From the NCBI GenBank assembly GCA_029775855.1, contig JARVJZ010000001.1:300519-364518 (forward strand): a DNA stretch of 64,000 nucleotides, given 5' to 3'. Below are positions 30,278-39,944 of the stretch, in pieces. This DNA is from Nitrososphaeria archaeon (lineage in GTDB: Archaea; Thermoproteota; Nitrososphaeria; Nitrososphaerales; JAAOZN01). The notes under the pieces were generated by a model. The model was given only the letters and a program-made list of their open reading frames with translations, had not been told where the DNA came from and did no database searches. The stretch's first letter is position 1, and each line of letters begins with the position of its first letter. The position numbers and the translations under genes were made by a program.

Positions 30278-30501
30278 AGCCTGATCTCTGTTTAACTAGT
30301 GTTTATGCTTTCTTCTAATGTCTGTTATTCATGTTTTTTTAGATTATATAATGAATATATAGTGCTGCATAGTTAATATTTTATTTACACCACAGATATA
30401 TAGAATAACTACCCATAGATTGTTGGATGAAGGGGATGAATAAATATCTACCCCTTAACCCTGAGGCTGAAAAACCCTCAGGACGGAGGTGTGATATATA
30501 G

Positions 30502-31005
30502 ATGCAGACTTATGCCCAAACCGATATTCTCGACGCTGTAAGAGGTGTCATCGGTGATCATAGACCAGAGGCTTGCTACCAATGTATGAAGTGCACAAGC
30601 GGCTGCCCAGCTGCTAAAGTGAGTGAATACAAGCCTCATATGATGGTGATACTGACTAAAGCGGGGTTAGCTGAAGAGGTTATGAAAAGCGGCATAATAT
30701 GGGCTTGCTCTATGTGTCTAAAGTGTAAAGAATATTGTCCACAAGATGTTGCACCCTTCGATGTTGTCACAGCCTTAAAGAATGTAGCTATCTCTAAAGG
30801 CTATCGCCCACCTGAGATGCTTGTAGGGATGTCAAATAATGTTCTAGACTATGGTTGCATAATGGATAAGCCTATGACAATAACCACAACAGACTTCGAA
30901 GAAGTATCAAGAAAGAGCTTAGGGCTTCCCGATATTGTGCATCCTAAAGATATGGAGCAGTTTAAGAAAACAGTTGCCAGATTCGGATTCAGGAGGTTGA
31001 GCTAG
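30502..31005 (+). CDS. hdrC: Heterodisulfide reductase subunit C
   Basis: CYQCMKCTSGCP, WACSMCLKCKEYCPQ. Confidence 0.92.
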   Translation: MQTYAQTDILDAVRGVIGDHRPEACYQCMKCTSGCPAAKVSEYKPHMMVILTKAGLAEEVMKSGIIWACSMCLKCKEYCPQDVAPFDVVTALKNVAISKGYRPPEMLVGMSNNVLDYGCIMDKPMTITTTDFEEVSRKSLGLPDIVHPKDMEQFKKTVARFGFRRLS

Positions 31006-31881
31006 TTGAAGCTATACATCTTCTTAGGATGCGCTACGCCAACCAAACAATACGGCTATGAGCTTTCAACCAGAGCGGTCTTCCCCAAGCTTGGAATAGA
31101 GTTAGAAGAGATGCCTGATTCAAACTGCTGCGGCACTCCAATTATGGGTGTAAATAGATTTTACAGCATATATGGTCCGGCGAGATTGATGGCTATAGCC
31201 GAAGCAGGCGGGTTAGACTTACTTGCGCCTTGCAATGGATGTCACCTAGCCTTAAGCGAAGCATCATTTCTTCTAAGAGAAAGGAAGCATCTCTTAGAGC
31301 AGGTAAATAATCTGCTTAAGGAGGAAGGTCTAAAATACACGGGGAAGGCTCGGGTCTATCACCCAGTCGAAGCGCTACACGACTTAGTTGGTGTGGAAAA
31401 GATCTCCTCTGCAATATCCTATAAGCTTCCGCCTTTGAAGTTCGCCTGCCATCCGGGGTGCCATCTCGTTCGCCCTTCTCATATAGGTAGACCGGAAAAG
31501 AGAGACGGTAAGTTAAAGCTTGAGGCACTTGCTGAGGCTATTGGACTACAGACTAGAGATCATCCGGAAAAATATGAGTGCTGCGGAGCAGCTATGCTTC
31601 CATACTCTACTGATGCAGCTATCAAAACCGTTGGAATGAGACTGAAACGCTTCGTAGAAGGAGGATTTGATGGAGTAACTACACTATGCCCCTACTGCTT
31701 CGACATGATCGATGGGAAGCAAGACGCTGCCAAGACCATAACCGGAGACAGAACTCTCTCTATACCAACATTCTACTACACCCAACTTCTAGGATTATCT
31801 ATGGGTTTGAGTGAAAGAGAATTGGGGCTCAATCTGAATATGAGCCCAGTTGGAAACGTGCTTGAAAAGTTAAAGAGGTGA
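31006..31881 (+). CDS. hdrB: Heterodisulfide reductase subunit B
   Basis: Two CCG domains: GC, CCG, CNGC, HPGCH, CCG, CPYC. Confidence 0.92.
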   Translation: MKLYIFLGCATPTKQYGYELSTRAVFPKLGIELEEMPDSNCCGTPIMGVNRFYSIYGPARLMAIAEAGGLDLLAPCNGCHLALSEASFLLRERKHLLEQVNNLLKEEGLKYTGKARVYHPVEALHDLVGVEKISSAISYKLPPLKFACHPGCHLVRPSHIGRPEKRDGKLKLEALAEAIGLQTRDHPEKYECCGAAMLPYSTDAAIKTVGMRLKRFVEGGFDGVTTLCPYCFDMIDGKQDAAKTITGDRTLSIPTFYYTQLLGLSMGLSERELGLNLNMSPVGNVLEKLKR

Positions 31882-31882
31882 A

Positions 31883-33865
31883 ATGAAGGTGGCTGAAGAA
31901 CCTAAAGTTGGAGTATATGTATGCCACTGCGGCGTAAACATAGCAAGCGTCGTTAATGTAAAAGCGGTAGTAGAGTACGCTTCAACCCTACCTAATGTAG
32001 AAGTAGCAAAAGACTACCCATTCATGTGCTCAGACCCTGGTCAGAACATAGTAATCGAAGATATAAAATCAAAAGGACTTAATAGAATCGTTGTAGCTTC
32101 TTGCTCACCCAGAATGCACGAGCCCACCTTCAGAAAAGCTCTGGAGCGAGCTGGTCTCAACCCCTATCTGCTTGAAATGGCAAATATACGCGAGCACTGC
32201 TCTTGGGTCCACGAAAAGCAGCCTCAAGAGGCAACCGAGAAGGCTAAGGATCTTGTTGCGGCTGCTGTTGCAAAGGCGCGCATGCTGAAGCCTCTTGAAA
32301 CCATCAAGATGCCTGCTGTAAAACGTGCTTTGGTGATAGGTGGAGGTGTTGCTGGTATAAGGGCTGCGCTTGACATAGCTAACAGTGGTTTTGAAGTCTA
32401 TCTTGTGGAGACGAGGCCAAGTATAGGGGGTAATATGGCTAGGCTTGATAAGACCTTTCCAACACTCGACTGCTCCCAATGCATATTAACGCCTATGATG
32501 GTTGAAGTTGCACAGCATCCAAACATAAAGCTCCTAACATATAGCGAAGTCAAAAGTATAGATGGTTCGGTAGGGAACTTTACCGTCAAGATACTTAAGA
32601 AACCTAGATATGTCAAAGAAGATGTATGCACCGGCTGCGGTGTATGTGAGCAAAAGTGCCCATATACAGTTCCAAGCGAGTTCAACCTAGGTCTTGGTAA
32701 GAGAAAAGTGATCTACTTTGAGTTCCCACAAGCTGTGCCTCTAAAACCTGTGTTGGATAGAGAGAACTGCGTCTACTTTAAGAAGGGCACTTGCAGAGCT
32801 TGTGAAAAGTTCTGCCCAACTAAAGCGATAGACTACACCCAGCAGCCACAAGAGATAACGGTTGATGTTGGCGCAATCATCTTGGCAACAGGATATGGTC
32901 TATACGATGTTAAGAGTAAGATGCCTGAATATAGATACGGTCTAAGCAAGAACGTAATAACAGGCTTAGAACTTGAGCGCCTCACATCAGCTACAGGACC
33001 GACAAAAGGGCATATCTTAAGACCCGGCGACAAGAAGGAGCCTAAGGATGTAGCCATAATTCTCTGTGTAGGCTCTAGAGATGAAAAGCATCTGGACTAC
33101 TGCTGCAGATTCGGATGCGTCGCTGGCATAAAGCACGCCTACTACATAGTGAGCCACATACCTGACGCAAGGGTAACCATATGCTACACAGACATAAGGG
33201 CATTCGGAAAAGGTTACGAAGACTTCTACGCAAGGATAAGATCGTTGGATAACGTTCAGTTCATCCGAGGCAGACCTATGGAGGTGTTTGAAGATTCAAA
33301 CGGTTCACTCTACTTCGATGTCTTCGACCAGAACACAAATAGACTCATAAGACTTAACCCAGACCTCGTCGTCCTAGAGACAGGAGTCGTGCCAGACCCA
33401 TCATTTGAGCAGATAGCAACAGTTCTTAAATGCTCAAGAGGACCTGATGGCTTTGCACTCGAGCTACACCCGAAGCTCAGACCAACTGAGACTTCTGTTG
33501 ACGGCGTCTTCTTGGCTGGTGTAGTACAAGGGCCAAAGGATATTCCAGACACAGTGGCGCAGGCAGGCGCAGCCGCAGCATCAGCTATAGCGCTCCTATC
33601 AAGAGGGGAAGTTGAGAGTGTGCCTAACGTTGCTTCAGTCAACCAAGAGTTATGTAGCGGATGTGGGGTCTGTGAGCCAATATGTCCATACACCGCTATA
33701 GTGCTTGAAGCTAGAAACGGTGGTAGAGTAGCTAAAGTTGAGGCTACTAAGTGTAAAGGCTGTGGTGCTTGTGCAGCAGCGTGCCCATCGGGTGCAATGA
33801 CACAGCTAGGCTTCGAAGATAAGCAGATTATACCTCAGTTAGAGGTGCTTGCTAAAGGGAGGTAG
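31883..33865 (+). CDS. hdrA: Heterodisulfide reductase subunit A (bifurcating flavoprotein)
   Basis: VCHCG.NI, CSPRMHE.TF, NIREHCSW, LDKTFPTLDCSQC, inserted and C-terminal ferredoxin domains, GPKDIP. Confidence 0.97.
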   Translation: MKVAEEPKVGVYVCHCGVNIASVVNVKAVVEYASTLPNVEVAKDYPFMCSDPGQNIVIEDIKSKGLNRIVVASCSPRMHEPTFRKALERAGLNPYLLEMANIREHCSWVHEKQPQEATEKAKDLVAAAVAKARMLKPLETIKMPAVKRALVIGGGVAGIRAALDIANSGFEVYLVETRPSIGGNMARLDKTFPTLDCSQCILTPMMVEVAQHPNIKLLTYSEVKSIDGSVGNFTVKILKKPRYVKEDVCTGCGVCEQKCPYTVPSEFNLGLGKRKVIYFEFPQAVPLKPVLDRENCVYFKKGTCRACEKFCPTKAIDYTQQPQEITVDVGAIILATGYGLYDVKSKMPEYRYGLSKNVITGLELERLTSATGPTKGHILRPGDKKEPKDVAIILCVGSRDEKHLDYCCRFGCVAGIKHAYYIVSHIPDARVTICYTDIRAFGKGYEDFYARIRSLDNVQFIRGRPMEVFEDSNGSLYFDVFDQNTNRLIRLNPDLVVLETGVVPDPSFEQIATVLKCSRGPDGFALELHPKLRPTETSVDGVFLAGVVQGPKDIPDTVAQAGAAAASAIALLSRGEVESVPNVASVNQELCSGCGVCEPICPYTAIVLEARNGGRVAKVEATKCKGCGACAAACPSGAMTQLGFEDKQIIPQLEVLAKGR

Positions 33866-33870
33866 AGATT

Positions 33871-34338
33871 ATGGCGAGCAGCTTCGAACCAAGAATAGTT
33901 GTATTTGCATGCAACTGGTGCTCGTATGCAGGCATGGACCTAGCTGGTACAAGCAGAATGCTTTACCCCGCAAACCTTAGAGTGGTAAGATTAATGTGCT
34001 CGGGTAGGCTGGAGCCAGAGCACATACTATATGCATTCAAGGCAGGTGCTGACGGTGTGCTTGTTACTGGGTGTCATCCAGGAGACTGCCACTACATCTC
34101 TGGCAACTATAAGACGAGAAAGAGGATTAGACTGCTGGAGCAGTTGTTGGCTCAATTCGGACTTGAAAAGGAGCGTCTGAGGTTAGAGTGGATCTCAGCT
34201 TCAGAGGGAGAACTATTTACTAGAATAGCAAAGGAGTTCATCGAGAAGATAAGATCTCTAGGTCCAAGTCCACTGAAGCAGGAAGGGCTCTTCGCACCGC
34301 TGATTACTGTAGCAGCGGCTGGAGGAGGTGGTGAGTAG
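33871..34338 (+). CDS. mvhD: F420-non-reducing hydrogenase [2Fe-2S] subunit
   Basis: CNWCSY, RLMCSGR, GCHPGDCHY, WISASEG. Confidence 0.96.
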   Translation: MASSFEPRIVVFACNWCSYAGMDLAGTSRMLYPANLRVVRLMCSGRLEPEHILYAFKAGADGVLVTGCHPGDCHYISGNYKTRKRIRLLEQLLAQFGLEKERLRLEWISASEGELFTRIAKEFIEKIRSLGPSPLKQEGLFAPLITVAAAGGGGE

Positions 34339-35312
34339 TGAGCAAACCTAAGGTTGCTATAGTGTTAGGTTCGACTTGCGCAGGCTGCGACTACTCCTTA
34401 CTAGACCTTGGTCCGACCGTTGCTGATGTGCTGGCTAGTGTCGAGATTGTATACTGGCCTACTGGCGCAGACTTCAAGTTAAGTGATTTGGAATCTGTGC
34501 CTGATGGTAGTGTCGCTCTAACTCTATATGAAGGCGCTATAACCAACAGTGATAATGAGGAGCTCGCTAAGCTCGTTAGAAGAAAATCTAAAGCGGTTGT
34601 AGCATACGGCTCCTGCGCGTGCTTCGGCGGCATACCGGGATTGGCAAACGTATCTACAGCTAAAGATATTATGAAGACAGCGTATGTAGAAACTTGGAGT
34701 AGTGATAACAAAGAGGGTCAGCTACCACAACCCCTCTCTAAGGTAAATGGTAAGCACCTCGAGCTACCAGTAACATATGACACCATAAGAGCCCTTGACC
34801 AAGTTATACCTGTTGAATACTACATGCCGGGTTGCCCGCCGCCTCTATCATACATCGAGCAAGCCCTTGTAGCAGCGCTTTCTGGTAAACTTCCACCACC
34901 AGGATACGTTTTCGCCTCTGAACGCTCACTTTGCGATGAATGCAAGAGGACAAAGGAAAAGAAGAACCTAACAGCCATCAAAAGATTCCACGAAATCATA
35001 CCAGACAGCCAAAGATGCCTACTTGAACAAGGAATACTCTGCATGGGTCCAGCGACAAGAGGTGGATGCAAAGCTCCATGCGTAGATAACAATATACCTT
35101 GCCGTGGATGTATGGGTCCAACACCAGAAGCGCTTGACCAAGGAGCGAAGATGCTCTCAGCCCTAGCGTCTATACTTGCATTAGATATGGAGAGTGGTGT
35201 GTCAGAAGATAGGCTCATTCCTCTCATTCAGCAAGTAAAAGACCCATTAGGCACATTCTACAGATTTGGGTTACCTAAGTCGATGTTTAGAAGAGTGATA
35301 CCGAGGAGGTGA
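34338..35312 (+). CDS. mvhG: F420-non-reducing hydrogenase small subunit
   Basis: CAGC, GSCACFGGIPGL, PGCPP, CDEC, CMGPATRGGC, PCRGC. Confidence 0.95.
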   Translation: MSKPKVAIVLGSTCAGCDYSLLDLGPTVADVLASVEIVYWPTGADFKLSDLESVPDGSVALTLYEGAITNSDNEELAKLVRRKSKAVVAYGSCACFGGIPGLANVSTAKDIMKTAYVETWSSDNKEGQLPQPLSKVNGKHLELPVTYDTIRALDQVIPVEYYMPGCPPPLSYIEQALVAALSGKLPPPGYVFASERSLCDECKRTKEKKNLTAIKRFHEIIPDSQRCLLEQGILCMGPATRGGCKAPCVDNNIPCRGCMGPTPEALDQGAKMLSALASILALDMESGVSEDRLIPLIQQVKDPLGTFYRFGLPKSMFRRVIPRR

Positions 35313-35319
35313 GAATAGG

Positions 35320-36789
35320 TTGGAGAAGAAAGATAAAGTTGTAACTATACAGCCGATAACAAGGCTCGAAGGACACGGAAAGATCAGCATCTTCCTAGAC
35401 GACGAAGGCAACGTAGATGACGCATACTACCAAGTCGTGGAATTCAGAGGATTCGAAAAGTTCTGCAGAGGCAGACCTGTAGAAGAGCTACCACTCATAA
35501 CACCTAGAATCTGCGGAGTATGCCCATGGGCTCACCACATGGCCTCAGCAAAGGCTGTTGACGCAGTCTATCACGTAACACCCCCTCCAGCAGGCAGAAA
35601 GCTGCGTGAGTTAGCCTACAATACATTCTATGTTCACGACCACGGTGCGGTCTTCTATGCTCTCCAAGCCCCAGACTTTGTTGTAGGCCCTACTGCACCC
35701 CGTGCTGAGCGTAATGTGCTCGGCGTAATAGCGAAGGTAGGTATGGAGCTTGTAAAGAATATACTTGCGGCTAGGCTCGAGGCTACCCGAATGCTTGAAG
35801 TGCTCGGTGGGAGAGCTGTGCACCCAGTTATGACTGTGCCTGGTGGTGTAGGTAAGCCGATAACTGAAGATCAGAGGAAGGAGTTGGAGCAACGAGCCGC
35901 TAAGATGGTTGAATTGGCTAAGTTAACTCTAAAGATCTTCAACGATGTTGTTCTTAAGAACAAGGAGTATGTCGACCTCATTACCGGCGACATCTACGCA
36001 CATAAAACCTACTACATGGGGTTAGTTGATGAAAAGGGGAAGGTCAACTTCTATGAAGGTAAGTTAAGGGTGATGGCACCAGACGGCAAAATCGTCGCAG
36101 AATTCAACCCAAGCGAATACCTCAACTACATAGCTGAACACGTAGAGCCTTGGTCATACCTCAAATTCCCATACCTAAAGGCTGTGGGTTGGAAGGGCTT
36201 TAGAGATGGAGCGGATAGTGGCATATATCGCGTAGGCCCATTAGCGAGGCTCAACGTAAGCGATGGCTTCACAACACCCCTAGCGCAAGAAGCGTACGAA
36301 AAATTCGTATCCATATTAGGGAAACCCGCACACGCAACACTCGGCTTCCACTGGGCTAGAGTTATAGAGATCATGGCAGCGGCAGAATCAGCGCTGGAGT
36401 TAGCAAGAGACCCAGAGATTGCAAGCAAAGAAGTAAGAACAATACCAACAGCCACACCAGATGAAGGTGTAGGTGTTGTGGAAGCACCAAGAGGAGTACT
36501 AATACACCACTACAAGACAGACAGCGAAGGATTAGTAGAAGCTCTTAACCTAATAGTAGCTACAGTACACAACAACGCTGGAATAAACCTCTCAGTCAAA
36601 AAAGCAGCCCAAAGTCTCATAAAGAACTGGCAGGTTAACGACGGGCTGCTTAACATGGTTGAGATGGCTTTCAGACCATACGACCCCTGCTTAGCCTGCG
36701 GAACACACGCTCTACTAGGTCAGATGCCGCTGGAAGTCAACATATACGATAAAGAAAAGCGCCTCTATAAGCGGCTCACGCGAGGCTAA
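35320..36789 (+). CDS. mvhA: Group 3c [NiFe] hydrogenase large subunit
   Basis: TRLEGHG, RICGVC (L1), DPCLACGTH (L2) plus cleavable C-terminal extension. Confidence 0.96.
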   Translation: MEKKDKVVTIQPITRLEGHGKISIFLDDEGNVDDAYYQVVEFRGFEKFCRGRPVEELPLITPRICGVCPWAHHMASAKAVDAVYHVTPPPAGRKLRELAYNTFYVHDHGAVFYALQAPDFVVGPTAPRAERNVLGVIAKVGMELVKNILAARLEATRMLEVLGGRAVHPVMTVPGGVGKPITEDQRKELEQRAAKMVELAKLTLKIFNDVVLKNKEYVDLITGDIYAHKTYYMGLVDEKGKVNFYEGKLRVMAPDGKIVAEFNPSEYLNYIAEHVEPWSYLKFPYLKAVGWKGFRDGADSGIYRVGPLARLNVSDGFTTPLAQEAYEKFVSILGKPAHATLGFHWARVIEIMAAAESALELARDPEIASKEVRTIPTATPDEGVGVVEAPRGVLIHHYKTDSEGLVEALNLIVATVHNNAGINLSVKKAAQSLIKNWQVNDGLLNMVEMAFRPYDPCLACGTHALLGQMPLEVNIYDKEKRLYKRLTRG

Positions 36790-36798
36790 GCAAGGAGG

Positions 36799-36811
36799 TT
36801 CTTCTTTTTTT
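36799..36811 (+). terminator. Oligo-T archaeal terminator candidate after mvhA
   Basis: TTCTTCTTTTTTT 10 nt after the stop codon. Confidence 0.5.
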
Positions 36812-36889
36812 GAGCAATTCTTATTCTTACCTCTTAGCTCCTTGGTTATGTCAGTATATACCAGATATGTTAGTAAAAGATGATGAACT

Positions 36890-37720
36890 ATGGTTGGGGC
36901 TGTAGATATAGCTGCAGCCTTTTTTGCTATAGGCGTTGTCGCATTTGTGGTAGGAGCGCTACTCAACCTTAGACTATGGCTGCTTGGCTCAGAAAGCATA
37001 TCATCTACAATAACTTCAGTCATCAGAACGATCTTCAGTAAAAGAATTCTAGTAATAATCCGAACCTTCATATTCAACATATTTGGGCAGGCACGTCTCT
37101 TCTCGGTTGATAGATTTAGAGGGTTGGAGAAGTCTTCTTTTGTTATCTTCTATGTGCTTCTGATACTCATAAACCACGTGTTAGCAGATTTAGCTGCTGG
37201 GGTCTCGACGTTAGAAGCATTTATCTACGAATTCTTTAGATCACCTTTCTTCCCAGCATACATATTTGTAGAGGTGGCAAATGTCCAAGCACCACTTTGG
37301 CTCCTATTCTTCTTTATTGACAATCTAAGTATGGCTATTGTGCTCTTTTTCGCAGAGATGCTTGCGGTGCATCGAAGGTTCTTTAAGAAACACTTTGAAG
37401 CAGCGACAAGAGAGGATTCTATATTACTCTTCTTACCTGTGATCTGGTTTATATTTAGATATATGGCTCAAGCAGTAACTATAGTAAAGTATGGTAGCCC
37501 AGATGGAAGCCAATTCATGTTTGTGGCGTATGGAATATCGAGGCTTTTAACAACATTAAACAGCGCTCAGCTTGATATGCTATATAACATCTTGTGGCCT
37601 ATTTCAGGTTTCTTTTTAGGTCTCTTCTTCGGTATAATACCTTACACAGGTAGGCTCTGGCACGCCTTTGCAGCACCACTTACAATGCTCGTCAACTCAG
37701 CTGGAGGTAAGCAGCGATGA
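36890..37720 (+). CDS. HdrE/NarI-like integral membrane protein
   Basis: About 5 TM helices, IPYTGRLWHAFAAP; overlaps the start of an HdrD-like gene (ATGA). Confidence 0.6.
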   Translation: MVGAVDIAAAFFAIGVVAFVVGALLNLRLWLLGSESISSTITSVIRTIFSKRILVIIRTFIFNIFGQARLFSVDRFRGLEKSSFVIFYVLLILINHVLADLAAGVSTLEAFIYEFFRSPFFPAYIFVEVANVQAPLWLLFFFIDNLSMAIVLFFAEMLAVHRRFFKKHFEAATREDSILLFLPVIWFIFRYMAQAVTIVKYGSPDGSQFMFVAYGISRLLTTLNSAQLDMLYNILWPISGFFLGLFFGIIPYTGRLWHAFAAPLTMLVNSAGGKQR

Positions 37721-38940
37721 AACACTCTAAAAGACCGCTACCCCTCACAGTGCGACAGCTCATAGAATTAGATGGCTGCACAAGATGTGAAATCTGTAAA
37801 GACGAGTGCACAGTCTATAGATTGGCTAAACAAGACTCATCGATAAACTTTCCACAGAGCTACGCAGCCCTAATCCGAGGCTTCAGACAGATACTTAGAA
37901 AACAGCACGGGTTGAAGGCTAAACTCTTCGGCTCGAATCTACCAACAGAGCAGCTCAAAACATATACAGAAGGTCTATTTAGATGCACAACCTGTGGTAG
38001 ATGCCGAACCTTCTGCCCAGTCGGTATAGACACAAGGTCACTAGGTATAGCGATTAGGGAATACTTTGTGCAGCAGAAGATATACCCAAAGAACTTTGAT
38101 CTAATGAAAGAGGGTCTGAGAAGCAATTACAACGTATTTAATCTACCATACACCGAACGCACCTTCTGGGGGGATTATGCACCAATACCCGTAAGCTTCC
38201 TAGGTCAGAGTGAGCAAGGTGAATTTGATGTGGTTTATTTTGTTGGCTGCATGACATCCTACTCACCTACAATACAAGATATAGCTGTAGCCACAGCCTC
38301 CTTATTCGACAAGACGGGGTTGAAGTATATCTGCTTAGGGAGTGAAGAGTGGTGCTGCGGATATCCTCTCATATTAGCTGGTATGCGCGATGAGGTTGAT
38401 TGGCTTAAACAACATAACGTTGAGCGCGTAAAGGCTCTGAACCCTAAGATCATAACTTTCTCTTGCCCTTCTTGTTACCATACTTGGGTCCACGAATACG
38501 CGCCACATTTACCTGGGGTAAGGATGATGCATAGCACACAGCTCCTTTATGAGTTGATTAAAGATGGTAGACTAAAACCTAAGCAGCTCGAGCTGAAAGT
38601 GACATACCACGATCCATGCGACCTAGGGCGAAACTCAGGCATCTACAACGAGCCTCGTGAAGTTATAAACAGCATACCAAAGATATCGTTCAGAGATATG
38701 CCTAACACCAGAGATAAATCTTGGTGCTGCGGGGGTGGCGGCGACGTGGAGATGGTTGACGAAAACCTACCCTATAAACTTGCGAAGACCGTGCTTGATG
38801 AAGCCGAAGAAACAAATGCTGAAGCACTAATAACAGCGTGCGGCCAATGTAAACGAATCTTTCTGAAGGCTGTACCAAAGCACGGGAAGCGTCTTAAGGT
38901 TATGGACATAAACGAATTAATGCTAAAGTCGATTGAGTGA
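37717..38940 (+). CDS. HdrD-like Fe-S oxidoreductase (2x[4Fe-4S] plus two CCG domains)
   Basis: CTRCEICKDEC, CTTCGRCRTFCP, FVGC, WCCG, CPSC, HDPCDLGR, CCGGGG, CGQC. Confidence 0.9.
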   Translation: MKHSKRPLPLTVRQLIELDGCTRCEICKDECTVYRLAKQDSSINFPQSYAALIRGFRQILRKQHGLKAKLFGSNLPTEQLKTYTEGLFRCTTCGRCRTFCPVGIDTRSLGIAIREYFVQQKIYPKNFDLMKEGLRSNYNVFNLPYTERTFWGDYAPIPVSFLGQSEQGEFDVVYFVGCMTSYSPTIQDIAVATASLFDKTGLKYICLGSEEWCCGYPLILAGMRDEVDWLKQHNVERVKALNPKIITFSCPSCYHTWVHEYAPHLPGVRMMHSTQLLYELIKDGRLKPKQLELKVTYHDPCDLGRNSGIYNEPREVINSIPKISFRDMPNTRDKSWCCGGGGDVEMVDENLPYKLAKTVLDEAEETNAEALITACGQCKRIFLKAVPKHGKRLKVMDINELMLKSIE

Positions 38941-38970
38941 AAAGAGGGATGCTTTGAAGCGCCCATAAAT

Positions 38971-39402
38971 CTACTTCTTTATAATCTTAGGTATCTCCTC
39001 CTTTAACCACTCGTTTACCACATTCAAATCACTCATAAGGTTCTTTAACTCTTCCTGTAGCTTTGAGGGTTTAAGAACTGCAACCCACCCATCGCCGTAA
39101 GGATCTGAGTTAAGAAGCTTAGGCTCTGTTTTGAGTCTCTCATTCACCTCTACAATTGTTCCTGAAACAGGGGATTTTAAGGGGCCTACCCATTTGCCTG
39201 TCTCTATCGTTCCAAGCGGCTTACCCGCCTCAACTACCCTACCTTTAGGCATAAGTCTAACAAACACAATCGGCCCAGCTGCTTGCTGCGCGATATCTGT
39301 AATTCCCACTCTAACGTTATCACCTTCTTGCTTTAACCACAAATGATCTTTTGAATAATACAGCCCTTCTAGGAATTCATATTTCTCGTGAAGCTTAACC
39401 AT
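38971..39402 (-). CDS. GcvH-like lipoyl carrier with LbpA-type motif
   Basis: HLW, VGITD.AQ, IETGKWVGPLKSPVSG (lipoyl Lys), NSDPYGDGW. Confidence 0.92.
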   Translation of the reverse strand: MVKLHEKYEFLEGLYYSKDHLWLKQEGDNVRVGITDIAQQAAGPIVFVRLMPKGRVVEAGKPLGTIETGKWVGPLKSPVSGTIVEVNERLKTEPKLLNSDPYGDGWVAVLKPSKLQEELKNLMSDLNVVNEWLKEEIPKIIKK

Positions 39403-39500
39403 AAGCCATCTTTATAGGTAAATGCCAAAGTATGATAAAAGTCTTACTACCCATCCAACTTAGGAACATTTTTATTCCAAACTCTTTATAATGTTATAAG

Positions 39501-39944
39501 ATGGAGATTAAAAATCCAGATGTCGTCTCATACAGTGTTAAGGCAGATTGGGATGAGCAGAGCGGAGCAGAAATAACTAGTAGGGGTATAACAATAAGAG
39601 TTGATCTTCCGCCTGAGTTTGGAGGCTTAGGACAGCGCTTAACACCAGATGAACTCTTTTTAGGCGCAATAAGTGGATGCCTGATGATAACCTTTCTCCA
39701 CTTTAGGAGAATCAATAAACTTAAGCTCCGTTTGCTACAGTGTACTATAACAAGCAAAAGAATGCAAACAGAAAAAGGATACCGTTTGCAGAACGTGCAA
39801 GCTACTGTGCGCATAAGAGTGGACAAGAATCAAGTTGAATTAGGAAAGAAGTGCATTGAATTAGCTCGAGACTATTGTCCGCTTTTAGCGGATCTACGCT
39901 CACCAATCCATATTGATGTTCAGGGGCAAGTTGAAGAAGCCTAA
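39501..39944 (+). CDS. OsmC/Ohr-family protein
   Basis: DLPPEFGG, TPDELFLGAISGC, YCPL (both Cys present). Confidence 0.88.
   Translation: MEIKNPDVVSYSVKADWDEQSGAEITSRGITIRVDLPPEFGGLGQRLTPDELFLGAISGCLMITFLHFRRINKLKLRLLQCTITSKRMQTEKGYRLQNVQATVRIRVDKNQVELGKKCIELARDYCPLLADLRSPIHIDVQGQVEEA

Noticed and set aside
30460-36789. Selenocysteine or SECIS in hdr/mvh genes
   Set aside because: All relevant positions are Cys and there is no in-frame TGA.
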